Shown here piece by piece: positions 7,625 to 16,018 of a stretch of DNA of 28,340 bases (positions are counted from its first letter, which is position 1; each line of letters opens with the position of its first letter). The DNA is taken from the IMG/VR virus record IMGVR_UViG_3300011339_000373, positions 1 through 28,340 of that record; one strand, written 5' to 3'. The translations under genes and the position numbers were made by a program. The notes under the pieces were generated by a model that did not search any database, was not told the DNA's origin, and worked only from the letters and a program-made list of their open reading frames with translations. Origin of the DNA: a virus. Its lineage: Duplodnaviria; Caudoviricetes.

Positions 7625-7814
7625 TACTTTTCTCCTTTGCGGTTACTACAAGATACGCGAAAACTACATAAATTGCTAGTGCCGAGACACGCTCCCATCC
7701 CAGCCCCCACATCGTCCAGCATCCAAGACCGAACGAAGTTAGAAGAGCGAGTATAGTGATTAGACGGTCTGATATGACACCTAACGCTATGCGTACGACT
7801 GCTGTTGCATCCAT
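7581..7814 (-). CDS. Small two-TM membrane protein
   Basis: Two hydrophobic helices; GAGGGT RBS. Confidence 0.65.
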   Translation of the reverse strand: MDATAVVRIALGVISDRLITILALLTSFGLGCWTMWGLGWERVSALAIYVVFAYLVVTAKEKSNVSTTSSRHQSADS

Positions 7815-7852
7815 GATGAATACCCTCTACTGGTTTAGAAGTAATCATCTTA

Positions 7853-8059
7853 TCACTTCTCATCATCATCGTCTAACCCAAAACCACTGCCCCACTCAGC
7901 ATCTGAGTCTTTTAGTTTCAATTGCTCTAGCTTTAAGGCACGGTCAATCACCCGCATCTTGTCAGTGATACTGGCGGTAGGGTCATTGGTAACGGAATCC
8001 ATCAGGCTATTGATAGCCTTTTCCAACTCAGGATTAATGCCTTTTTGTTTCTTGCTCAT
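7853..8059 (-). CDS. Hypothetical protein with acidic tail
   Basis: In-operon ORF starting 2 nt after the previous stop. Confidence 0.7.
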   Translation of the reverse strand: MSKKQKGINPELEKAINSLMDSVTNDPTASITDKMRVIDRALKLEQLKLKDSDAEWGSGFGLDDDDEK

Positions 8060-8061
8060 GG

Positions 8062-9435
8062 TTAATCCTGTCGTTTTGCTGGCAAAAGAGTATTTGCTTG
8101 CAAGTATTGTTGAGCGGGGGCAAGGGTTTGGGCAGTACCAGCAACGCCAGCCCCTCTCATCGGAACGCTTCGCTGCATAATTGTTCCCAATCCTTTTGAT
8201 AACGGGCTTTCTGTTGCAGATGCTAAAGCAGCACTTAAACCACCTGTAGGTTTAATTACTTGGGATTTTAAAATGTCGCCAAGTTCTCCCAAGTCTTTAT
8301 ACAGTGGATTAGAAGCCGCCCTACCACCTGTTCTGCGAGTAATCTCATCAAGCAACTTTTCTGGGTTAACTTGACCAGAAGCAGTGATGCCTGTCTTGCC
8401 TTCTAGCTGAATTAAGTCACTGATAGCAGACCAAGAGTTGTACTTTTTTCTCCATGCGTCATATTGTTTTGCCTCTGCACCTGTAAGATTTTTAGAAGCA
8501 AGTTCTTCTAAAGCATCTTTCAAATCATGCAAGACTTTTGCTTGTGGGCCTTTTGCACCAGACAATGCTGAGTTAACTTGAGTAATTGCTCCGCGCAAAT
8601 CTTCAGCTTTGAACTGAGGACTTAAAAGTTCACCGCCAGCACGTTGACCACCAATGTTCTTTTCAATAATTGTCCTAGCAGTGTTTCCTTGTTGACCAAA
8701 AATACTTTCAGCTTCATTGACAATATCTTGTATTTTTTGTGGAAAACCCGGTTTTGATGTAAATGTTTTTCCGGCGAACAAACGTCCTACTTCATTTCCA
8801 AGTTCAGCTTGCGTCTGTTCTACCCATGCCGCATTAACATTAGTTGTTGGTTTTCCAGCCCGTGCAGTAGCTTCTTCAGTAAATTTATCTAGATTTCTAA
8901 TGGCGCTCTGTGGAGTGCCACCAGAACCATATTTCATGCCTTGTGTAGCTTTTGCACCATAATCAATTTCATAACCTAAATTTTTTGCTTTTTTAGCTAA
9001 AACAGCAAGTGGCTTTTGAACGTACCCAAGAGTCCTACCCAAAACATCCGCAGTTCCTTGACCAACACCACCACCAACTATTTCAGCAACTGGTTGATAT
9101 GACTCAGGAACACCAACTTCTTCAGCAAGTTGTCCAAGTCCTGTTGCTCCTAAAAAACCAAGAGTAGAAGGAATGCCACCAGTAAAAGGAGCAGAACCTA
9201 AAGCATAAGGAAGATTACGCGCTGCTCTGCGAGTTAGTCTTTCTGTAAAAGTTTTTGGTTTTGGCAAACCAGCTTGCTCTGCAATTTTTTCACCAGTAAA
9301 CGGAACGGCCTCTGCTAATCCTCTTGCAGCAGCTTGTGTAGCGCCCTTAAACCCGCCAGCAGATTTGGGTGGCGGTAACAGTTCTACTCCGTCAGCAGAC
9401 TTAGGTGGAGGCAATAGTTCTATTTCATCAGACAT
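8062..9435 (-). CDS. Putative internal virion/DNA ejection protein
   Basis: 457 aa, Ala/Gly-rich helical with hydrophobic glycine segments; lies after the tail genes. Confidence 0.6.
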   Translation of the reverse strand: MSDEIELLPPPKSADGVELLPPPKSAGGFKGATQAAARGLAEAVPFTGEKIAEQAGLPKPKTFTERLTRRAARNLPYALGSAPFTGGIPSTLGFLGATGLGQLAEEVGVPESYQPVAEIVGGGVGQGTADVLGRTLGYVQKPLAVLAKKAKNLGYEIDYGAKATQGMKYGSGGTPQSAIRNLDKFTEEATARAGKPTTNVNAAWVEQTQAELGNEVGRLFAGKTFTSKPGFPQKIQDIVNEAESIFGQQGNTARTIIEKNIGGQRAGGELLSPQFKAEDLRGAITQVNSALSGAKGPQAKVLHDLKDALEELASKNLTGAEAKQYDAWRKKYNSWSAISDLIQLEGKTGITASGQVNPEKLLDEITRRTGGRAASNPLYKDLGELGDILKSQVIKPTGGLSAALASATESPLSKGLGTIMQRSVPMRGAGVAGTAQTLAPAQQYLQANTLLPAKRQD

Positions 9436-9437
9436 AG

Positions 9438-11021
9438 TTACTCCCGTATTTCTGTAACCACACCACCATACACGCGATATGTTTTTCCACCAGACCTAGC
9501 GCCTGTACCATCAGGTTTACCTTTTAAAGCAGATTCAATGTTTTCTGGAACACCAGATTTAGGCGCTCTTTCTTTAATGTAATCCGTTGTTGACCTTGCT
9601 TCCATCAAAGGAAATTGGTCTGGGTTGTTATGACGTTCTACATTTAATTTGTAAACACGCAAGTTTCTGTTGTTTTCTTCTGCACGTTCTTTAATGATGT
9701 TTATTAAAGTGTCTTGTCGAGATGCTTGGTCATACAAGTTTTGAAATTGTCTATCTAGATAAACAGAACCTCTTTGACCAGAACCACGAACATCAGATAA
9801 CGCTAAACCAAACAACTTCTTTTGTAAAATTTTTGCTGCTTCTGCATCGTCTTTAGCAATGTTTCCAGATTGAACAGCCCTATCAATTGCTGCATCAACT
9901 GCTTGCGCTTTTTCTGTTGCAGCAACTCCTTCATCATCATTTTTGATACTTTTGATAGCATCCATTTTGATAAAGTTTTTAATAGCAGCCATAGCGCCAA
10001 CTGCTTTTGGATTTTTTGCTATAAAGTCAGCAACTTGTTCTGATTCCTCTACTGCACGATAAGCACCTTGAACAATTTTTTTGTCTTCAGTAGAAGCACC
10101 AACTAGTTTGTCAGCAGAACCTTCTGCATAGTTTTCTGCAATGTTTCTTAGAGCAGGGCCAATGGCTTGCAATGCTTTTTCATCTCTGCGTCCTTGCGCC
10201 GCAGCTAATGTAGCCAAACGAATCCTCTCTTGAGAAGCCAAAGTATCACGATGGCGGCGTTCTGCTTGTGCGGCTTTCTCCGCATCTGAACGTAATCTAG
10301 ATTCTAAATTTAATGCAGATTCAGCACCTTTTTGGCTCTCATCTACTAACTTGTAGGCATCTACTAACCGGCCTTGGTCAAGCATTGTTTTAACAATACT
10401 GCTTCCAGCTTTAGCAGCAGCAAGCCTAGCGTTTGCCATGCCAGCCTCTTTGTTGGTTGCAGCCAGCTTCACAGCGTCTTCCATCTCTTTGCGAAACTCT
10501 GCATGTTTCTGGAGCATAGCTTTAAAGTTTTTATCAAACTCTATAGACTCTTTTTTGTACAAATCAGCACGGCCTTTTTGGTGGCCTTCCAACATGCCGT
10601 TCATGGCATTCATAGCCAACATAGAGTTTTGTTTACCGCCACCGCCAATAAGCATACCTATGACGCTTACAAGGGAAAACAAACCAGCAATGTCTTTAAC
10701 ATTGTCTTTGGTAGGAATAAAAGCGGGAAGCGGCTCTGCTTCTAATTTTTGTTTATACGCTTCTTTTGCACCTTTTTCTTCTTCTGCGTATTTTTTAATT
10801 GCTTCTTCTTCACCAGCAAGACCTGTAACTTGTTGTTCTTGTTTTGCTGTTTCTACTGCGCCTTTTGCCTCAGTAATTTTTGGCAACAATCTGGCTTTTT
10901 CTTGTAAAAAAGGTTCAGACACGCCCAATGCTTCACTCATACCAATCTGCCCTTTTGTGGGCAATGGTTTTGGCTTGATGACTTTGGGGAGTTCTGGTGT
11001 AGCTAAATTGTCTGCCATCAT
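9438..11021 (-). CDS. Putative internal virion/DNA ejection protein
   Basis: 527 aa, coiled-coil rich, one hydrophobic segment (IAGLFSLVSVIGMLIGGG). Confidence 0.6.
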   Translation of the reverse strand: MMADNLATPELPKVIKPKPLPTKGQIGMSEALGVSEPFLQEKARLLPKITEAKGAVETAKQEQQVTGLAGEEEAIKKYAEEEKGAKEAYKQKLEAEPLPAFIPTKDNVKDIAGLFSLVSVIGMLIGGGGKQNSMLAMNAMNGMLEGHQKGRADLYKKESIEFDKNFKAMLQKHAEFRKEMEDAVKLAATNKEAGMANARLAAAKAGSSIVKTMLDQGRLVDAYKLVDESQKGAESALNLESRLRSDAEKAAQAERRHRDTLASQERIRLATLAAAQGRRDEKALQAIGPALRNIAENYAEGSADKLVGASTEDKKIVQGAYRAVEESEQVADFIAKNPKAVGAMAAIKNFIKMDAIKSIKNDDEGVAATEKAQAVDAAIDRAVQSGNIAKDDAEAAKILQKKLFGLALSDVRGSGQRGSVYLDRQFQNLYDQASRQDTLINIIKERAEENNRNLRVYKLNVERHNNPDQFPLMEARSTTDYIKERAPKSGVPENIESALKGKPDGTGARSGGKTYRVYGGVVTEIRE

Positions 11022-12025
11022 GTTGCTCCCGGTGTTCCAGCAGGTGCGCCAGCTACTTGCGGTGCAGCGCCATACATGGTTCTGGTAATGTTGTTGAAAT
11101 AGTTGCTAGTCAACTGGTTAACGTACTGGTCAGCTTGTAAACCAGTTTTAATAGCACCCATAGCAATGTTGTCTGCAATGCCAGACAGTTTTAGACCGTA
11201 GTCATACTGCTGTTGCAACAACTGCTGACGGAAAGCCTCTACTTGCGCCATAGACTGTTGTGCGCCTACGCCACCACGTTTCTCCGCACCCTGCGCTGCC
11301 TGTGCTTGTACTGCTTGCAATTGTTGTTGACCAACAGGAGTAAGTTCTCCACGTTGTGATTTTGCAATGATGTCTTGTCCTTGCTGACGGTAAGGTGCAG
11401 CCATTGCCATCATCTCTTCTCTTGCAGCTTGTCCAGCTTGTGCAGCCTTGTTAGCCTGATAACCGCCAACAAGTGCTTGTAAACCACCAATGCCAAGTTT
11501 TGCAAGTGTTTCTTCTTTTAAGCCTGTAGATTTTGCAATCCTACCTAACAACTCAGGGTCACTTCTTGCCTCTGTAGGTTGCACTGCGCCTAACGCTGCC
11601 GCTTGGTCTGCGTACTGTCTACCAGCACCGTATTGTTGATATTGCTGTGGAATGTCAAACTCAGGACGGTATGCTTCTGCCGCTTGTCTGCCAGCCCCAT
11701 ATTCCGCATATTGTTCTGCAACACTTGGTTGAGCAGTAACATCAATTGCTGGAGAAGTGCTATCTGTTGGAACATCAGGCAATTCTGTTTGAGTTTGCGT
11801 TACTGGAGTTTGAAAACTGTCATATCCAGCTTCTTCATCCTCAAAAGAAGGAACACCTGTATCTGCATGTGGTTTGCCAGAGCCTCCCCGTGCTTTTAAC
11901 AGGTCTGCTTCCTCTTGGTTGATATACGCAAGCATGTGACCGGGCGGGGCTTTCTTTTGCAAGAGCCGGGCAATTTGACGAACATCGCCGCCAACAGAAG
12001 TTAGTTTTCTGACTGCTGATACCAT
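11018..12025 (-). CDS. Putative internal virion/pilot protein
   Basis: HMLAYINQEEADLLKARGGSG N-terminal motif; Gln/Ala-rich C-terminus. Confidence 0.6.
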   Translation of the reverse strand: MVSAVRKLTSVGGDVRQIARLLQKKAPPGHMLAYINQEEADLLKARGGSGKPHADTGVPSFEDEEAGYDSFQTPVTQTQTELPDVPTDSTSPAIDVTAQPSVAEQYAEYGAGRQAAEAYRPEFDIPQQYQQYGAGRQYADQAAALGAVQPTEARSDPELLGRIAKSTGLKEETLAKLGIGGLQALVGGYQANKAAQAGQAAREEMMAMAAPYRQQGQDIIAKSQRGELTPVGQQQLQAVQAQAAQGAEKRGGVGAQQSMAQVEAFRQQLLQQQYDYGLKLSGIADNIAMGAIKTGLQADQYVNQLTSNYFNNITRTMYGAAPQVAGAPAGTPGAT

Positions 12026-12027
12026 GA

Positions 12028-13956
12028 TTAAATTCCTAGCGCGTCTTTTAGACGCAGTGACGATTCATTCCACACGTTGCTACGCTTCTTCCCTGTTGAC
12101 GGGTCTTCTATCTCACCAGCCCCCCGGTAAGCTGATATTTTTAATGCCTCTGACAAAACTTTAGAAGGCGGTGTTACTGTTGGCTTTGGTGGCGTAACAG
12201 TAGTAACTATCTTAATTGTAGGACTGTACTTAACGGTAGGGCTAGGGCTAGGCTCTACAGTAATTATTGTTGGTGAAACTTTAACAGTTGGTGTTGAAAC
12301 AATATCAACGCTAGGAAATACGGTTTGGGTTGCTCTAACGGTAACTGGAGAAAGAGTAGGAGTTACAGTAACTCTACCAACAGTTGCTGTAGGAGACAGT
12401 GAAGGGGTTACTGTTGTAACTATTTCAACAGGAATTAACGAAGGCGTAACCGTAATTCTTCCTACAGTTGCAGTAGGAGATAACGTAGGAGTAACAGTAA
12501 TTCTGCCCGTTGTTACCGTAGGAGACAAAGAGGGCGTAACAGTAGTAATTACTTCAACAGGATTTAACGTTGTAGTTACGCTGCGAGTTCCTACTGTTGC
12601 TGTAGGTGACAATGTAGGAGTAACTGTAGGTGTAGTGCCACTAACAGTAACTGAATTAAGTATTTGTTCTATCAGTTGTTGAGTAACATTTTGAGTTACT
12701 TGAGTTCCTACTGTTGACTGTATGGTAGGACTAACACTGACAGTAGGAGTTGCAGCCACTGTCACTTGTTGCAACACAGAACCCGGAATAGGAGTAGGAG
12801 TTGCAGCTATCAAGTTAATAATTGATTGCGTGACGTTCTGAGTTGCTTGAACAGTAACGCTGGCAAACATATTGTTTACTGCTGCATCTGCATCATCAAG
12901 AGCCTTTTGTTTTTCGTACGCTATGTCTTCAGCGGTTTTAGTTCCTGTTGGCGTTACTGTTGCAAACGCTTTTTCTACCGCAGCGTCAGCTTCATCAAGT
13001 GCTACAAGTCTATCTTCTTCTATATCTGCTGCTGTTTTATATACACCAGTTAATGTCTTTTTACCAACTCTACTTGCTAATTGGTTTAACGCAGCAGTAA
13101 TAGCGCCAGCTTCACCGCCAGTAACAGCGCCACCAACGGTAGCGCCTATCAAGTCAGAAGTAGCTTGGCTTGCACCATCAACAGCAGCAATGTATGCAGA
13201 GGAGGCAGCAGAACTTACAAGGCCAGCAGTAGCTGCTCTTGCAATGTCATCTGCACTACCACCCATAAGAGATGTTTTAACGGCAGAGCCAGCAGTAGAA
13301 ACAATAGCATTAGTGATGTCTGCATTGCCAATAATTTCATTGACAGCACCAGCAATTTGTTGAGAGCCAGTGCTAACTACAGAATTAACAACAGCATTTC
13401 TTAAAGCTGTTTCTAAAGGAACACCTTGTGCAACAGACACTGTTGCGTTGGCAATAGCAGCACCTAACGCATTTGCAAAAGCACCAGCAGAAACAACACC
13501 AGCACTTACAAGAGAAGCAGTAATAGCTTCACCAAGACCGGGAACAATAAAATTTAACGCTACGCCAATAAGAGGCTCAAAACCACTAAGAGCACCACCC
13601 CGTTTTATTGTATTGCTGTAGGTTCCATTAGCATCAAAATTTACATAGGTGCTGTTGCCGGGGTCAATACGGTAACCTATAGGTGGGCCGTAACTAACTG
13701 TTTGTGTTGAACCGTGTGGGCCAGCAATTTGTTTTTGTGCATAAACAGTATCAAACGTATTGCCAAGTTGTTTTTCTAAAGCAAGTATTGACGCTGGTTT
13801 TGGTTTCTCAATAATCGGAGGGGCATAGTTAGGGTCAGGTTCATACCCCATCAATATCTGTTGACCACCACGATTAGATTGATAAACAGGCAGCATTCCT
13901 ACCCCACCTGTTGCGGATAGTGGTGTTATTTCTTGTGGCCTACTATTACCCGGCAT
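12028..13956 (-). CDS. Large virion-module protein with Ala/Gly hydrophobic region and mucin-like Thr/Pro/Val repeats
   Basis: 642 aa ORF with TVTP(T/S)LSP repeats. Confidence 0.7.
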   Translation of the reverse strand: MPGNSRPQEITPLSATGGVGMLPVYQSNRGGQQILMGYEPDPNYAPPIIEKPKPASILALEKQLGNTFDTVYAQKQIAGPHGSTQTVSYGPPIGYRIDPGNSTYVNFDANGTYSNTIKRGGALSGFEPLIGVALNFIVPGLGEAITASLVSAGVVSAGAFANALGAAIANATVSVAQGVPLETALRNAVVNSVVSTGSQQIAGAVNEIIGNADITNAIVSTAGSAVKTSLMGGSADDIARAATAGLVSSAASSAYIAAVDGASQATSDLIGATVGGAVTGGEAGAITAALNQLASRVGKKTLTGVYKTAADIEEDRLVALDEADAAVEKAFATVTPTGTKTAEDIAYEKQKALDDADAAVNNMFASVTVQATQNVTQSIINLIAATPTPIPGSVLQQVTVAATPTVSVSPTIQSTVGTQVTQNVTQQLIEQILNSVTVSGTTPTVTPTLSPTATVGTRSVTTTLNPVEVITTVTPSLSPTVTTGRITVTPTLSPTATVGRITVTPSLIPVEIVTTVTPSLSPTATVGRVTVTPTLSPVTVRATQTVFPSVDIVSTPTVKVSPTIITVEPSPSPTVKYSPTIKIVTTVTPPKPTVTPPSKVLSEALKISAYRGAGEIEDPSTGKKRSNVWNESSLRLKDALGI

Positions 13957-13957
13957 G

Positions 13958-14296
13958 TCAGACTCCCAACTCCGCAGCTATTTGCTGGTGAATAGACAGG
14001 TGAACACCCAGCCAATCGTAAAAATCATCCTCCACATTCCAATCAACGTCTAGCAGTTGGAAAGGGTTATCAAGCAAAAGGATAGAAGCCAGAGCCTCAT
14101 GCTCTTGGTTATGCACAAAAAGCCAATCATCAAGGTTTGATGGGTCTGCATCTATGATGGGGTACTTAGGATAAGTAACGCCTGTATCAGTAACTATTTG
14201 ATGAAACAGACGATGCTGAACACCGTTCTCCCACAGCATCTCCGCTAGGCCTTCTTTGTCCCCAAATTTGACGTAGCTTAATGAGTCCATGTTCAT
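13958..14296 (-). CDS. Hypothetical acidic protein with several spaced His residues
   Basis: In-operon; repeated DW...H...H pattern. Confidence 0.75.
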   Translation of the reverse strand: MNMDSLSYVKFGDKEGLAEMLWENGVQHRLFHQIVTDTGVTYPKYPIIDADPSNLDDWLFVHNQEHEALASILLLDNPFQLLDVDWNVEDDFYDWLGVHLSIHQQIAAELGV

Positions 14297-14466
14297 TCTT
14301 TATCTCTCCAAAACTCATCACGGATAAGAATGTAAGTTTTCAGAATAGTGAAAATGATAGTAGCCCACACCATCAAGTCAGATGACGTAATGTGACTTGC
14401 AACAGTCCCCACCCAGATGATGAACAAATCTAGGACAGAAGCGTTGGAGTTCTCAGTGGTTTCCAT
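14293..14466 (-). CDS. 57-aa membrane protein, holin-like (METTENSNASVLDLFIIWVG...RDEFWRDKE)
   Basis: Read manually. Fills the gap exactly, ATGA coupling, hydrophobic helices with a charged C-terminus. Confidence 0.65.
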   Translation of the reverse strand: METTENSNASVLDLFIIWVGTVASHITSSDLMVWATIIFTILKTYILIRDEFWRDKE

Positions 14467-14467
14467 A

Positions 14468-15100
14468 TTAGACGGCGTAGTAGGGTATTTTTACGGTTGT
14501 ACCGTTCAACAAAATAGGAATGTAGCCAGCAGGGACTAGAGGCAAGCTGGACGTTGCAAACGTCACTGTTGAGGAAGTAGTGGCAGAGATGTTCGCACCA
14601 GCAAGGGTGAGATTGCCTATGTTTGTTACGGTAGAGCCAAGAGCAATAGTGGTATTGCCGATAGTGACACTAGAGTTTTGAAGGTTAGCGTTGGTGACCG
14701 CAATAGTGACGTTGGCAGAAGCAGTCAACCGTCCTTGCGCGTCTACTGTGTACTGTGGAACAGCGGTAGCCGTGCCGTAAGAACCAGCAGCAACAGCGGT
14801 GTTATCCAGAGAAATAGTGCCGGTAGTAGTAACAGGGCCACCAGTAAGACCCGTACCTGTAGCTACGTTGGTAACAGTACCAGTTCCAGCAGCAGGGCCG
14901 TTAGCAGCAAGGGTGATACGTCCTTGTGCGTCAACAGTTAAGTTTGCACTGGTATAAGTACCGGCAGTAACAGCAGTATTGGCAAGAGAGATGGTTCCCG
15001 TAGTCGTGATGGGGCCGCCCGTCAACCCTGTGCCGGTTGCTACGTTAGTGACGGTTCCGCTACCGCTACCACCAGTTCCTGTCTGTACTGTTTTTAACAT
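14468..15100 (-). CDS. Tail fibre-like protein with tandem repeat
   Basis: Two copies of GTVTNVATGTGLTGGP(I/V)TTTGTISL...TVDAQGR. Confidence 0.75.
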   Translation of the reverse strand: MLKTVQTGTGGSGSGTVTNVATGTGLTGGPITTTGTISLANTAVTAGTYTSANLTVDAQGRITLAANGPAAGTGTVTNVATGTGLTGGPVTTTGTISLDNTAVAAGSYGTATAVPQYTVDAQGRLTASANVTIAVTNANLQNSSVTIGNTTIALGSTVTNIGNLTLAGANISATTSSTVTFATSSLPLVPAGYIPILLNGTTVKIPYYAV

Positions 15101-15102
15101 GG

Positions 15103-15432
15103 TTATAGTCCATCGCCGGGAGTGATATAAATAGCAGCCGTACTACTACCCGTTATGCCTGTGAAATAAGCATTAGGCACAAACGAAAGAATTTCATCTG
15201 TACCCGCTAGTAGTGGGTAAGCAGGGCCAGTAGATGTAACAACAGTTGCATTGTTAGTAGCATCACCAGAGGCAACACCGTATCCTAGAAACACGGTAAC
15301 ACTTCCACTATTGATAATGCGGTACTGATTGCCGCCAAGAGTAGTAGAAGAGGCTTGCACAGGCGTAGGAGCAGACGTAGCAGCCGTGAAGACTACCGTG
15401 TTTCCTGTTCTGGTAAATGCGTTGGTACTCAT
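15103..15432 (-). CDS. Small beta-rich virion protein candidate; paralog of 7065-7415
   Basis: Thr/Ser-rich; C-terminal YITPGDGL. Confidence 0.75.
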   Translation of the reverse strand: MSTNAFTRTGNTVVFTAATSAPTPVQASSTTLGGNQYRIINSGSVTVFLGYGVASGDATNNATVVTSTGPAYPLLAGTDEILSFVPNAYFTGITGSSTAAIYITPGDGL

Positions 15433-15433
15433 C

Positions 15434-15754
15434 TTATGCTCCTGTAGTGCCTACTTGGACTGTATCAGTAGATTCCCATTGGCATGTATCTTCATTCAAC
15501 ACCCAGTTGCCATCTGGTTTTGGCGGTATAAAAGCATCGCGGCTGCTGTCATAGGTGTACCCAATACCAGCAAAGTTTTTACGGATGTTTCCGTTGTAAG
15601 AAGTCTTTTTCCAAGTTCCTCCTAACAAACGTTCACAAAAAGCTACACCAATAGACTCTTTTTCTTCTCCTGTTGCGGTAGAAGTATCTGCGTTAGAAAC
15701 AACAATTACACGCAACACTATGTTGTTGGTATCTAGTTCAGCAAAATGTGCCAT
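15434..15754 (-). CDS. Tail-fibre-associated hypothetical protein of the MAHFAELD type
   Basis: MAHFAEL...WKKTSYN..IRKNFAGIGYTYD..RDAFIPPKP; follows the Gly-rich fibre gene. Confidence 0.8.
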   Translation of the reverse strand: MAHFAELDTNNIVLRVIVVSNADTSTATGEEKESIGVAFCERLLGGTWKKTSYNGNIRKNFAGIGYTYDSSRDAFIPPKPDGNWVLNEDTCQWESTDTVQVGTTGA

Positions 15755-15765
15755 GTCAACTCCAA

Positions 15766-16017
15766 TTAAACTTCTACAACTTGTTCCATACTTTTCTTTT
15801 GCGCCGTGATTGTTTCAATCTGGTCAGGCAAAAAAATTGTATTTATTGACTCTTCAAAAGCCTTAATCTTTCCCATAGTCTCCCAAACTTCACTCATGCT
15901 TGGACAAGGCCGTGGGTCTTCCCAATAGGTAATTTGATTGTTTTCAATTCCCCATTTAGCACCCGGGCGTAACAAGTGCATAGCTGTATCAATGCCGTAG
16001 AGTTGGTAGATTTTCAT
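15766..16017 (-). CDS. Small tail-associated protein, possibly a fibre chaperone
   Basis: LRPGAKW...WEDPRPCP motif; lies directly after the fibre gene. Confidence 0.65.
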   Translation of the reverse strand: MKIYQLYGIDTAMHLLRPGAKWGIENNQITYWEDPRPCPSMSEVWETMGKIKAFEESINTIFLPDQIETITAQKKSMEQVVEV

Positions 16018-16018
16018 G

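Noticed and set aside
7624-7869. 81-aa - strand ORF ending in a TAATG overlap
   Set aside because: The alternative frame 7581-7814 has an RBS and two TM helices, while this ORF has no recognisable features; not fully excluded
10438-11088. 216-aa + strand ORF
   Set aside because: Antisense shadow of the 9438-11021 gene, with no RBS or protein motif
12165-12800. CRISPR-like or DGR-like repeats
   Set aside because: The repeats are degenerate, in-frame coding repeats with no spacers; no cas or reverse transcriptase gene in the window
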